Positions 1 through 9,261 of a DNA stretch of 64,000 nucleotides are shown here, piece by piece. How positions within the stretch are numbered: position 1 is the stretch's first letter; each line of letters begins with the position of its first letter. Source of the stretch: an uncultured Caldisericales bacterium (GTDB taxonomy: Bacteria; Caldisericota; Caldisericia; JAAYUI01); the NCBI GenBank assembly GCA_964639885.1, contig CAZXEH010000001.1:36893-100892 (forward strand), in the 5' to 3' direction. Both the position numbers and the translations under genes were made by a program. The notes beneath the pieces are model-generated. The model did not search any database and was not told the origin of the DNA. It saw only the letters and a list, made by a program, of their open reading frames with translations.

Positions 1-15
1 GCGGGAGGTCTGGGA

Positions 16-435
16 ATGAATGTAAAAAAACACAGGGTGGCGGAAGCCATTCAAAATGCAATATCAATTATCCTTCATCGGGACATCATCGACAGGCGCA
101 TCGGTTTTGTGACCATCCTGCAGGTGAAGATTGACGATGAATACAAATCGGCAGACGTTTACTATTCTGTCATCGGAAACTCGAAGGTTAGAGAGAGGAC
201 AGCACAGGGGCTGTCAGCCGCCAACAGGTTCATCCAGAAAAAAGTCACCGAGATGGTGAAGATGGGCAAAACTCCAACCATCCGCTTCAAATTCGACGAA
301 ACCCCCAGCAAGGCCGAGAGGCTTGAACGACAATTCCAGGAGCTTGACCAAGATGGAAAGAATAAACAGGACTCAGGCATCGACAGAGCTGAAGAAGACA
401 ACGAAAGCCCTGATCCTGACTCACGAGAATCCTGA
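16..435 (+). CDS. rbfA: ribosome-binding factor A
   Basis: 139-aa ORF. RbfA-like N-terminus (hydrophobic core IGFVTILQVKID... then KSADVYYS). GGGAGG RBS upstream. Followed by truB/ribF as in the canonical nusA–infB–rbfA–truB cluster. Confidence 0.8.
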   Translation: MNVKKHRVAEAIQNAISIILHRDIIDRRIGFVTILQVKIDDEYKSADVYYSVIGNSKVRERTAQGLSAANRFIQKKVTEMVKMGKTPTIRFKFDETPSKAERLERQFQELDQDGKNKQDSGIDRAEEDNESPDPDSRES

Positions 436-1330
436 CGGCGACACGCTTGGATCGGCATCGGCACTCTTTTGTGCCATAACCGCTGAAGGCGGACAGGCTG
501 TAGTGTGTGCAACTGACGCACCACAGGATTTTTATGACTTTCTGCCTGGCTTTAAAGACATCAGACAAACTACCCAGGAGCTTGCGGAAAAGCTGGTTTC
601 AGAAGGTTACAGGCTGATCATTGTGGATGCACCGTCACCTGAGCGGGTTGGTCTGTCAAAAATTCCGGAAAATTCGGATACTCTCGTCATTGATCATCAC
701 CCGTCAAGGGATGATTTTGAGGCAAAAGCAATTATTGAGCCTCACGCCAGTGCAACGGCCGAACTCATCTACCACCTTCTCAAGGCAGCAAAATTCACAA
801 TCACCCACGACATAATGTCTGGCATTTTTGCTGGCATCGTCACAGACACCGGAAACTTCAAATACCCAAACGTCACGGCCGACACGATGAAAGTGGTTGG
901 CGAAATGATAAGCAATGGCCTGGATATCGCAAAGCTCTCGTCACTGATCTACGAGAGAACTAATCTTGCCAACAGAAAACTGCTTGGACGGACGATGGAG
1001 AGGCTTTTCTCGGCATTCGACGGGAAACTTGCCATCTCTGCAATCACATGGAGCGACATGATCGAGTTCTCAGCCCAGCACAGGGACACCGATTTCATTG
1101 TTGATGAGGTGAGAAAACTGGGTGGGCCGGAAGTCTATATCCTTGCCAAAGAAATAAAGCCTGAACAGTTCAGGGTTTCCATGAGAGGCAGAGGGAAGCT
1201 CGATCTCAACAAGGTTGCCCAGACCTATGGCGGTGGTGGTCACCACGATGCAGCCGGTTTCACCATTACCGGTGACTGGCTTAATGTGAGGGGGGCGCTC
1301 CTCCAGTTGTTTGAGCCCCTGATGGAGTGA
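353..1330 (+). CDS. nrnA: DHH-family phosphoesterase (NrnA-like bifunctional oligoribonuclease/pAp phosphatase)
   Basis: DHH motifs: LTHENPDGDTLGSASAL and IDHH. C-terminal DHHA1-like GGGGH motif. The ORF is open from 323; the start is taken as the Met at 353 and is uncertain. It overlaps the rbfA 3' end. Confidence 0.7.
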   Translation: MERINRTQASTELKKTTKALILTHENPDGDTLGSASALFCAITAEGGQAVVCATDAPQDFYDFLPGFKDIRQTTQELAEKLVSEGYRLIIVDAPSPERVGLSKIPENSDTLVIDHHPSRDDFEAKAIIEPHASATAELIYHLLKAAKFTITHDIMSGIFAGIVTDTGNFKYPNVTADTMKVVGEMISNGLDIAKLSSLIYERTNLANRKLLGRTMERLFSAFDGKLAISAITWSDMIEFSAQHRDTDFIVDEVRKLGGPEVYILAKEIKPEQFRVSMRGRGKLDLNKVAQTYGGGGHHDAAGFTITGDWLNVRGALLQLFEPLME

Positions 1331-2205
1331 TGGTTTCAGGCGGACTTGCGATAAACAAATCAGAAGGCGTGTCCTCGGCGCAGGTGGGCAACATTGCAAA
1401 AGCGATGTTTGGCTGCTCCAAGGTTGGTCACATCGGAACCCTTGATCCTAACGCAACCGGTGTCCTGATTCTCATGCTTGGAAACGCCACAAAAGTCATC
1501 CCCTATGTGCAGGAATTGCCCAAAACCTATATTGCCGGATTCAAACTCGGCTCCACCTCAAACACTTACGATATCTGGGGAGAAATGACCGAGCATGGCT
1601 ATGGTGGCGACATCCCCGAAACACACATCAAATCGGTGATGGAGGAGTTCACTGGCAAGATTGACCAGATTCCACCAATGTTTTGTGCCAAGAAAATTGA
1701 TGGCGTAAGACTTTACAACCTCGCCTACCAGGGCATCGAACTCCCGAGAAAACCAAATCCAGTTGAAATCTACAGACTTGAGTTGCTTTCATATGATCAG
1801 AGTATTGGAGAAGGCCAATTTCTGCTCGAGTGCTCAAAAGGTACCTATGTCCGGTCACTGATTTCTGACATCGGCATGAGCTGTGGCTGCGGTGCCGTCA
1901 TGAGCGCTTTGAGACGAACTGTTGACATGGGCTACAAAGTTGATGAGTGCATCACTTTAAACGATGTCCATGTGGCAGGTGATAGAGAAAGCCTTCTCAT
2001 CCAAATGGAAACATTCATCGACCATATCCCTCGAGTCGATCTCACTGATGCCCAGGCGAAGAAGATAAAGTTTGGCAACAACGCTTCGTTCCAGGGTTTT
2101 CCGGCACCTGCAGGTGTGGTTAGATGTTTTTATCAAGATACATTTCTGGCAATGGCCAAACTCGTGCTTTCAACAGGCGAAATCATCCCCGAAAGGCTCA
2201 TATGA
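1327..2205 (+). CDS. truB: tRNA pseudouridine(55) synthase
   Basis: Matches the TruB catalytic region (HIGTLDPNATGVLILMLGNATK) and has a PUA-like C-terminus. ATGA start/stop overlap with nrnA. Confidence 0.9.
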   Translation: MMVSGGLAINKSEGVSSAQVGNIAKAMFGCSKVGHIGTLDPNATGVLILMLGNATKVIPYVQELPKTYIAGFKLGSTSNTYDIWGEMTEHGYGGDIPETHIKSVMEEFTGKIDQIPPMFCAKKIDGVRLYNLAYQGIELPRKPNPVEIYRLELLSYDQSIGEGQFLLECSKGTYVRSLISDIGMSCGCGAVMSALRRTVDMGYKVDECITLNDVHVAGDRESLLIQMETFIDHIPRVDLTDAQAKKIKFGNNASFQGFPAPAGVVRCFYQDTFLAMAKLVLSTGEIIPERLI

Positions 2206-3137
2206 ACATAATTACTGGCGATCCCTTCTCAGTTGAGGTTCGTTGCGCAAAAGGCTGTTACATGCTCGGATACATGGACGGGGTTCATATCGGACACAGA
2301 AAGCTTGCCGAGACCGTCATAAATAAATCAGTGTCAACCAACTCTTTTCCAGCCGTATTCACTTTCAACGGCCTGCTCTACACCAAATCGATCCCAAGTT
2401 TCAGGGGGCTTTTGACCCCACACGAAGAAAAGCTGGAACTGTTGGAGGATTTGGGTATTGAAGAGATGATTCTGGCGGATTTTACCGAGAAACTCAGAGA
2501 CATGCCTGCACAGGATTTTGTCAGGTGTATACTCAGGGACAGGCTTGACGCCGGATTTGTAGCCTGTGGACCAGGTTTTTCCTTTGGCAAGGGCGGGCTT
2601 GGGAAATCGGATGACCTGATAAAATTTTGCAGTGAATTCGGCATCGAGGCTGAAGTGATAGGTTCGGTTCAGATGGATGGCAAACCGGTCTCATCAACCC
2701 GCATCAGAACTATGTTGCTTGAAGGTCAGGTTGAAGATGCCTCAAGAATGCTTGGCAGAAACTACACAATCAGGGGAAGCGTCATCCACGGTCATGGAAT
2801 AGGTAAAAATCTGGGGATACCGACGGCAAACATTGAGGTTCCTGACAAAATGAAGCTTGTGCCTGGTGATGGCGTGTACGCCTGCATCGCTCGTTTTGAT
2901 GGACGATCACTTCCGTCAGCGGTGAGCATTGGCATGAGGCCGACCTTTGATGACACGCAAAGGTCAATTGAGGCACATTTGCTTGACTTCGACGGGATAA
3001 TATATGATCATCAGATGGAACTGGAATTCGTTTCGTATCTGCGTGGGCAGAAGGTTTTTCACACTCATGAAGAGCTTGTTGCGCAGGTGCGGCAAAACAT
3101 AGAACAAACAAGATCGATTGTTGGAGGTTTGCTATGA
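2203..3137 (+). CDS. ribF: bifunctional riboflavin kinase / FMN adenylyltransferase
   Basis: RibF N-terminal FAD-synthetase motif (GYMDGVHIGHRKL) and C-terminal riboflavin-kinase region (GHGIGKNLGIPTANI...EAHLLDF). Start taken at ATG 2203, overlapping the truB stop. Confidence 0.85.
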
Positions 3138-4681
3138 GCGACAGGAAGCTGTTTTACAGGCCGGAAGACATTGGTGGAATGGACTACACGAAGGATCTCG
3201 GCGATCCAGGGTCATATCCATATACCAGAGGCGTTTACCCGTCAATGTATACGGGTCAGCTCTGGACAATGCGCCAGTATGCCGGATTCTCTTCGGCACA
3301 GGAGACAAACCAGCGCTTCAAGCTCCTTCTTGAAAAAGGCCAGACCGGTCTTTCAACCGCTTTCGACCTTCCAACGCAGATGGGCTATGACTCTGACCAT
3401 GACATGAGCGCGGGTGAAGTTGGAAAAGTCGGCGTCGCGGTATCAACAATCGATGACATGAAGATGCTCTTTGACGGCATTCCGCTTGAAAAGATTTCAA
3501 CATCGATGACGATCAATGCCTCGGCAACCGTTGTCCTGGCCATGTACATGCGAGTTGCAAGGGAACAGGGCGGAAACGTTTCGGCGCTTCAGGGAACCGT
3601 TCAAAACGACATCCTCAAGGAGTACATTGCCAGAGGAAACTACATCTATCCGGTCAAACCGTCCATGAGGCTCAATTGTGACCTCATCGAATACTGCTCG
3701 AAATATCTTCCAAAATTCAACACCATTTCAATTTCAGGCTACCACATCCGTGAAGCCGGTTCGACAGCCGTTCAGGAGCTTGCCTTCACGTTTGCAGACG
3801 CTTTCGCATATGTTGACGAACTGCTCAAGAGAGGCCTTTCAATCGATGATTTCGCCTCGAGGCTGTCATTCTTCTTTGCCAGCCACAACAATTTCCTTGA
3901 AGAGATTGCAAAATTCAGGGCTGCCAGACGCATCTGGGCAAGAAAGCTCCAGGACAAGTACCAGCCGAAGAACCCGAAGTCGCTCCTTCTCAGATTCCAC
4001 ACGCAGACCGGCGGTTCAACCCTCACAGCCCAGCAGCCTGAAAACAACATCATCCGTGTTGCGTTCCAGGCGATGGCGTCGGTGCTTGGCGGAACCCAGA
4101 GCCTCCACACCAACTCCTTTGACGAGGCGCTCGCTCTCCCGTCTCCAAAATCGGCAACAATCGCCCTGAGAACACAGCAGATAATTGGCTATGAAACCGG
4201 TGTAACAGACATCGTTGACCCTCTTGCTGGCTCCTATTATCTTGAAGCTCTCACAACAAAGATTGAAAATGAGGTTTACGAATACCTCGACCGCATCGAA
4301 AAGCTCGGTGGAACCATCACTTGTCTGGAGCGTGCATACTTCCAGAATGAAATCGCCAAATCAGCATATAAGTATCAGCAGGATGTTGAAGCCGACAGAC
4401 AGGTTGTTGTTGGCGTCAACAAATTCACAACAAGCGATAAGCCGGTTGTTGATCTTGCCAGGGCAGGAGTAGATGAAAACACAAGACTCAAGGTTCTTGC
4501 CGACTTCAGGGCAAAACGCGATGATGCAAAGTGGAAAAAGGCAATGAAAAACCTTGAGGATGTTGCAAGAGGCGAAGGAAATCTAATGGTTCCGATCATC
4601 GAAGCCGTCGATGCTGACGCAACCCTTGGCGAAATCTGCTGTCTTTTCCGTGACATTTACGGCGAATACCAGGAGGGATAA
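3134..4681 (+). CDS. methylmalonyl-CoA mutase family, catalytic (large) subunit without a B12-binding domain
   Basis: 515 aa with the MCM substrate-binding TIM-barrel signature (YTRGVYPSMYTGQLWTMRQYAGF...AFDLPTQMGYDSDH). The length fits a split-type MCM whose cobalamin-binding subunit is encoded elsewhere. Start overlaps the ribF stop (ATGA). Confidence 0.85.
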   Translation: MSDRKLFYRPEDIGGMDYTKDLGDPGSYPYTRGVYPSMYTGQLWTMRQYAGFSSAQETNQRFKLLLEKGQTGLSTAFDLPTQMGYDSDHDMSAGEVGKVGVAVSTIDDMKMLFDGIPLEKISTSMTINASATVVLAMYMRVAREQGGNVSALQGTVQNDILKEYIARGNYIYPVKPSMRLNCDLIEYCSKYLPKFNTISISGYHIREAGSTAVQELAFTFADAFAYVDELLKRGLSIDDFASRLSFFFASHNNFLEEIAKFRAARRIWARKLQDKYQPKNPKSLLLRFHTQTGGSTLTAQQPENNIIRVAFQAMASVLGGTQSLHTNSFDEALALPSPKSATIALRTQQIIGYETGVTDIVDPLAGSYYLEALTTKIENEVYEYLDRIEKLGGTITCLERAYFQNEIAKSAYKYQQDVEADRQVVVGVNKFTTSDKPVVDLARAGVDENTRLKVLADFRAKRDDAKWKKAMKNLEDVARGEGNLMVPIIEAVDADATLGEICCLFRDIYGEYQEG

Positions 4682-5074
4682 ATGTTTGGGCTTTCACACA
4701 TCGGAATTGCAGTTCCAAATCTCGAGGAAGCAAAAAAGGCTTGGCTCGATATGGGCTTTGTGCTCGACCATGAAACCGAAGTACCGGAGCAGAAGGTGAA
4801 AGTTGCAAAGCTCAAATGGCACGAAATGGTCATCGAGCTGCTTGAGCCGATCTCCGAAGACTCACCGATAAAGGGTTTCCTGGACAAGCGTGGCCCTGGA
4901 ATCCACCACATCTCAATTGAGGTTTCAGACGTTTCGTCGATGATTGCCGACCTTTTATCAAAAAATATCGCAATGATTGACAAGGTTGCACGCATTGGCG
5001 CTGCCGGAAAACCAATTGCTTTTGTCCACCCGAAGTCGACAGGCGGCGTCCTGCTTGAACTTGAACAGGAGTAG
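4682..5074 (+). CDS. mce: methylmalonyl-CoA epimerase (VOC/glyoxalase fold)
   Basis: 130-aa VOC protein with the Mce-like pattern (HIGIAV...IELLEP...GPGIHHISIEV...HPKSTGGVLLELEQ). Lies immediately after the MCM subunit. Confidence 0.75.
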   Translation: MFGLSHIGIAVPNLEEAKKAWLDMGFVLDHETEVPEQKVKVAKLKWHEMVIELLEPISEDSPIKGFLDKRGPGIHHISIEVSDVSSMIADLLSKNIAMIDKVARIGAAGKPIAFVHPKSTGGVLLELEQE

Positions 5075-5077
5075 GAG

Positions 5078-5839
5078 ATGAAGAAGCTCCTGCTTGCGTT
5101 TGCTATCTTCCTTGGTGCTGTTGTGCTGCTGTTTGTTGGATTTTCAGCGATAAAATGCGAGAAGAGCACACCCAAAAACTACGTTTCCCAGCTTCACATG
5201 GTTGTTGCTCCAGCGCAGAAGCAGGAAAACACCCAGTGGGACAAGCTGAAATCCATTTTGAAGGACAGATGTGGAAGCCTTGCAGAATTCAGAGTCTTCC
5301 AGTCGTTTGATGCTGGATATGCAGTTTTCGAGGTTTCTGGCGCCAAGGACCCAAACATGATCGCATCGATGCTGCTGATGAAGGGTGATGCCCAGATTCT
5401 CACGGCTGCAGGCGACAAGATCGCAAGCGGGGATGACATCCAGATGGCTGGAATAATGATGTCCCAATCAAGTTCAGGCAAGCCTGTGTTTGGCATCCAG
5501 ATTTCAGATGCAGCCGTTGAAAGGCTCGATTATTTCATCAAGAAACTCAAACCGGGCCAATCAATCCTGGCCGACCTTTTTGTTGATTCGGTAAAGACTA
5601 TTCATGCCGAGATACTCCCGAACAGTCAGAACAACATGATTGTATTCAGCACCCCGGAGAGCATGGACATGATGCTGCTCGACTACCTTGGACAGGCAAT
5701 CACCTATAAACTCCCGTATGATCTTGCCGTGGACAGAAACAACAGCTACCTCATTCCGCCACAGAGCGAAAAGGCTGCGCTTATCGATTTCCAGGACATT
5801 CTAGGCAAGATAACGCTGGCTGCCGATCAGAAGAAGTAA
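5078..5839 (+). CDS. hypothetical membrane-anchored/secreted protein
   Basis: N-terminal hydrophobic segment (MKKLLLAFAIFLGAVVLLFVGF). GGAG RBS. No family recognised. Confidence 0.45.
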   Translation: MKKLLLAFAIFLGAVVLLFVGFSAIKCEKSTPKNYVSQLHMVVAPAQKQENTQWDKLKSILKDRCGSLAEFRVFQSFDAGYAVFEVSGAKDPNMIASMLLMKGDAQILTAAGDKIASGDDIQMAGIMMSQSSSGKPVFGIQISDAAVERLDYFIKKLKPGQSILADLFVDSVKTIHAEILPNSQNNMIVFSTPESMDMMLLDYLGQAITYKLPYDLAVDRNNSYLIPPQSEKAALIDFQDILGKITLAADQKK

Positions 5840-5860
5840 CAACAGCCTGTTGAGGCAAAC

Positions 5861-6568
5861 ATGCCATCAGGAACAGGCAGAACGAAAAAAGCCGGTATTG
5901 GTAGTTTGATTTTCAGTTTGCTATATATTCTTGTATTCCCGGCGCTTTTGCTCTGGCTCTCAGGCAACTGGCTGTGGGTTGAAGGGCTGGTGTTCTCAGG
6001 CTGGTTCATCGGAATGTGCTATCCTTTGGTCATCTGGCTTTTTGTCAAGAATCCGTCGCTGTTCCTTGAGAGGATGAGGCCCGACACAACCAAACAGAAG
6101 CCTTGGGACAAAGTTTTTGTTTCACTGCTCGTGCTTTTGTTCATCTGTTGGTTTGTGATCATGCCGCTTGATACCTCAAGATTCCAATGGACTCAGAATT
6201 TTCCGGTATGGCTTGAGGTTATTGGTGGAGTATTGCTTTTACCGTCAGCATTCCTTTTTATCAAAACCTACATCGACAATCCATTTTTGTCCGGTGTTGT
6301 AAGGATTCAGGATGACAGAGGCCAGAAGGTTGTCTCAACAGGTGTGTACGGGTTCGTCAGACATCCAATGTACCTGGCGGGCATACTGCTGTTCATTGGT
6401 GCGCCGTTGCTCATGGGCTCCCTTTATGGCCTTGTCTTCACTGTGATTTTTATTGCCGGTCTGGTTTACAGGATTTTCGGTGAAGAAAAAATGCTTGAAA
6501 CTGAACTTGAAGGGTATGCAGACTACAAAAAGAAAGTCCGTTTCAGATTGTTCCCCTGTATTTGGTAA
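5861..6568 (+). CDS. membrane methyltransferase family protein (ICMT/PEMT-like)
   Basis: Polytopic protein with the C-terminal motif VVSTGVYGFVRHPMYLAGILLFIGAPLLMGS...GEEKMLETELEGYADY, typical of isoprenylcysteine carboxyl / phospholipid methyltransferases. Confidence 0.6.
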   Translation: MPSGTGRTKKAGIGSLIFSLLYILVFPALLLWLSGNWLWVEGLVFSGWFIGMCYPLVIWLFVKNPSLFLERMRPDTTKQKPWDKVFVSLLVLLFICWFVIMPLDTSRFQWTQNFPVWLEVIGGVLLLPSAFLFIKTYIDNPFLSGVVRIQDDRGQKVVSTGVYGFVRHPMYLAGILLFIGAPLLMGSLYGLVFTVIFIAGLVYRIFGEEKMLETELEGYADYKKKVRFRLFPCIW

Positions 6569-6570
6569 AT

Positions 6571-7491
6571 TCAGGGTTTCATCGGCAACACAAGCTGGTT
6601 GATGCCCAATCCTTCGCAGGTCATTGACCCAGAGCCATCAGGTTCCAAAACTGTCCTCTTCTTTATAAACCCATGCTTCAGGTAAGGATGTTGTGAGCCT
6701 GTTGCGGGAACGTGCATCTCTGTGCCGACATCATTGATGGTTGCAAAAACTTCGATGCGCTCCACTCTCATTTTCCTGGCAAATTCTCTTGTATACTTCA
6801 AAAGCTCGGTTGCCACGCCACGGTTTCTGAATTTCGGGTAGACAAACAGGTCAATGACTTGTAGAACCTTCATTTCAGGCAGTTCATCGACGAATCTGCA
6901 GCCGATCCTCCAGGCGATTGGTTTTGGAATGTGGGTGATGAAGCCGGCAACGTCAGAGTTGATGAAGGCTATACACATCATCCTGCCATAGCTGAGCGTC
7001 ATGTCCCTCATGAAATGGGTTGTCTCCTGCGACCCGAGATCGCCGAACCGGCAATCAAGACATGTTCCAGGCGACGGTAAACCCTGTCCTGAAATGTCCT
7101 GATCGGTGACTTCCCTAACCATGATTGTCGGATCTTCACGATTGGCGTTGAGCCTTGGATGGACGAAACAGTCAGGGATGTTTGGTTCAGAATGTTTCGT
7201 CGCCCCACGATTTTCAATCTCGACAGAAAGTGAATCCCATGACTTGTGTGACCCGATGAATTCGCCGTCTACGAATAAAAGTGGCCTTGCCCCCTGAATA
7301 TCCGACCAACGACCTTTTGTTCTTATCTCTTTGATCTTTTCTCCAACCGGCCTTGGAATGATTGAGTACATGGCGTCCCTGATGTCGGCAAGATTCCACG
7401 GTTTGAGCGTCAATCCATACACTTCCTCGGCTTGGTGGGCGATCCATCCGCTTGAGCAGTAGGGTGAGAAAATCCAGTCAAGAACCATCAT
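6571..7491 (-). CDS. fusion protein: N-terminal glutaredoxin-like domain + GNAT N-acetyltransferase domain
   Basis: N-terminus has IFSPYCSSGW (CPYC-like site with Ser in first position) ... RPLLFVDGEFIGSHKSWDSL (glutaredoxin C-terminal motif). C-terminal half has a GNAT core (LFVYPKFRNRGVATELLKYTREFARK). Confidence 0.55.
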   Translation of the reverse strand: MMVLDWIFSPYCSSGWIAHQAEEVYGLTLKPWNLADIRDAMYSIIPRPVGEKIKEIRTKGRWSDIQGARPLLFVDGEFIGSHKSWDSLSVEIENRGATKHSEPNIPDCFVHPRLNANREDPTIMVREVTDQDISGQGLPSPGTCLDCRFGDLGSQETTHFMRDMTLSYGRMMCIAFINSDVAGFITHIPKPIAWRIGCRFVDELPEMKVLQVIDLFVYPKFRNRGVATELLKYTREFARKMRVERIEVFATINDVGTEMHVPATGSQHPYLKHGFIKKRTVLEPDGSGSMTCEGLGINQLVLPMKP

Positions 7492-7496
7492 GCCTC

Positions 7497-8471
7497 CTAG
7501 TATCCAAATCTTTTGTCCACAACGTTTATGAGCGGTTTGCCAGCCTCAAGATTTTTGATGTTGGATGAGACGATTTCAGCAAAGCACGGCCAAAAATCTG
7601 CTCCAGAACCAGCAGCATGAGGTGTCATGATGATCTCTTTCATCTGCCTCAAAGGTGAATCCTCCGGCAATGGTTCTGTTTCAAAAACATCCAGTCCAGC
7701 CGATGCGATTTTACCGGATTTGATAGCCGAAATGAGAGATTCCGTGCCGATGATGTTGCCTCTCGAGATGTTGACAAGAATTGCTCCATCCTTGATGTGG
7801 CCAATCATTTCGTCATCCAGAAGGTGTGAGGTTTCAGCGGTATCGGGGAGCGCAACGGCAATTATGTCAGATTTTGAGAGCAGATCCTGCAGTTCATCCA
7901 TTCCGAAAACCTGATCAACAAACTCAGTTGATTTGGGATTCCTTCTCAGACCCAAAGTGTTCATGCCAAACCCGAGTTTGCCAATTTTTGCAATTCTGGA
8001 GCCGATTTCGCCTAAACCAAGAATGCCGAATGTTTTGCCCTGGATTGTCATAGGTTGTTGGCCACTTTCGATAGCTTTCAGTCCCCACCAGCCCTCCTTG
8101 TTGACTGAATCCATCAATGGCACAAGTTTTTTTGAGCATGCAAGGATCAGAGCAAAGGCGTGTTCAGCAATTGTTTGTGACCGGCAGCCTCTGGAGTTGC
8201 AAATGATGACATCAGATTCAATAATTTCAGGAAAAAGCCTGTGTTTTCCCATGCCATCAGTTGCGTAGATGATTGCCCTGAGATGTTTGAGTTTCCCGAA
8301 AACCTCAGACTTGATTGACCAGCAAACCCACAAATCAGCATCTGTGCAATCCTCACAGTCTGTTATCCTGACGATTTCATGTTCTGGATGTCTTGCTTTG
8401 AGCGCCTGATAAACATTTTCGGGAAGGCTGTAATATTTTGCGATGCCATCAAGGTCCAGTACGATCTTCAT
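7497..8471 (-). CDS. D-isomer-specific 2-hydroxyacid dehydrogenase family (PGDH-like), NAD-binding
   Basis: Rossmann GxGxxG (GILGLGEIGSRIA). Catalytic region ...ISRGNIIGTESL...GLDVFETEP...TPHAAG. Start taken at MKIVLDL, which has an AGGTGG RBS. Confidence 0.8.
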   Translation of the reverse strand: MKIVLDLDGIAKYYSLPENVYQALKARHPEHEIVRITDCEDCTDADLWVCWSIKSEVFGKLKHLRAIIYATDGMGKHRLFPEIIESDVIICNSRGCRSQTIAEHAFALILACSKKLVPLMDSVNKEGWWGLKAIESGQQPMTIQGKTFGILGLGEIGSRIAKIGKLGFGMNTLGLRRNPKSTEFVDQVFGMDELQDLLSKSDIIAVALPDTAETSHLLDDEMIGHIKDGAILVNISRGNIIGTESLISAIKSGKIASAGLDVFETEPLPEDSPLRQMKEIIMTPHAAGSGADFWPCFAEIVSSNIKNLEAGKPLINVVDKRFGY

Positions 8472-8541
8472 TGGCCACCTATCCATCTTTTAGTTACAGG
8501 ATAGCATATTTAACCAAAATGGCATACACGGAAAACCAGCG

Positions 8542-9261
8542 CTATTTTCTTAGTTTTGAAACCTCGTATAAGACGATGCCGGTTGAAACTGAAGCGTTGA
8601 GTGAATTGATACGCCCGAACATGGGGATTGAGACAAGAACGTCGCAGTGTTTTGTGACAAGTTGACGCATGCCTTTACCTTCGGAGCCGATCACGATTGC
8701 AGTTTTTTTGTCGAAGTTTGTTTTGTCAAGGCTTTGCCTGGCTTTTGCGTCGGTGCCGTAGACCCAGTAACCGGCGTTTTTCAGCTTTTCGAGACTGTCG
8801 GAAACGTTGGTCACTCTGGCAATTGGAATGTGGGTGGCTGCCCCTGCCGATGTTTTCAGAACCGTCATGTTCACTGGGCAGGCGTTGTTTTTTGGTATCA
8901 CAATCCCATCAACTCCGAAGCATTCGGCTGAACGGATGATTGCGCCAAGATTTCCAGGGTCTTCAATGCCGTCAAGGACAACAACAATTGAGGACTCGCC
9001 AGCATTTTCAATGATGTCTTCGATCTCGGCGTATTCAATTGGGCTGACAAACGCTGCAACATCCCTTGGGTTTCCCGGAAGAGACTCGATCTTTTGTGCT
9101 GGAAGCGTTTCAAACCTTATGTGCCTTTGTTTGCAAAGCTCGATGATCTCCGAAACGGTTTCAGGACGGATTCCCTGCCTGATGACGACACGGTTTACGG
9201 AAAGATCAGATTTAAGAACCTCGGTGACTGAATTCCTGCCTACTGCAACATCGTCGGTCAT
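8542..9261 (-). CDS. rlmB: 23S rRNA 2'-O-methyltransferase, SpoU/TrmH family (RlmB-like)
   Basis: SpoU_sub_bind-like N-terminus and SpoU methylase motifs (VVVLDGIEDPGNLGAIIRSAECFG...IVIGSEGKGMR...NSLNASVSTGIVLYE). Stop overlaps the cysS start. Confidence 0.75.
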   Translation of the reverse strand: MTDDVAVGRNSVTEVLKSDLSVNRVVIRQGIRPETVSEIIELCKQRHIRFETLPAQKIESLPGNPRDVAAFVSPIEYAEIEDIIENAGESSIVVVLDGIEDPGNLGAIIRSAECFGVDGIVIPKNNACPVNMTVLKTSAGAATHIPIARVTNVSDSLEKLKNAGYWVYGTDAKARQSLDKTNFDKKTAIVIGSEGKGMRQLVTKHCDVLVSIPMFGRINSLNASVSTGIVLYEVSKLRK

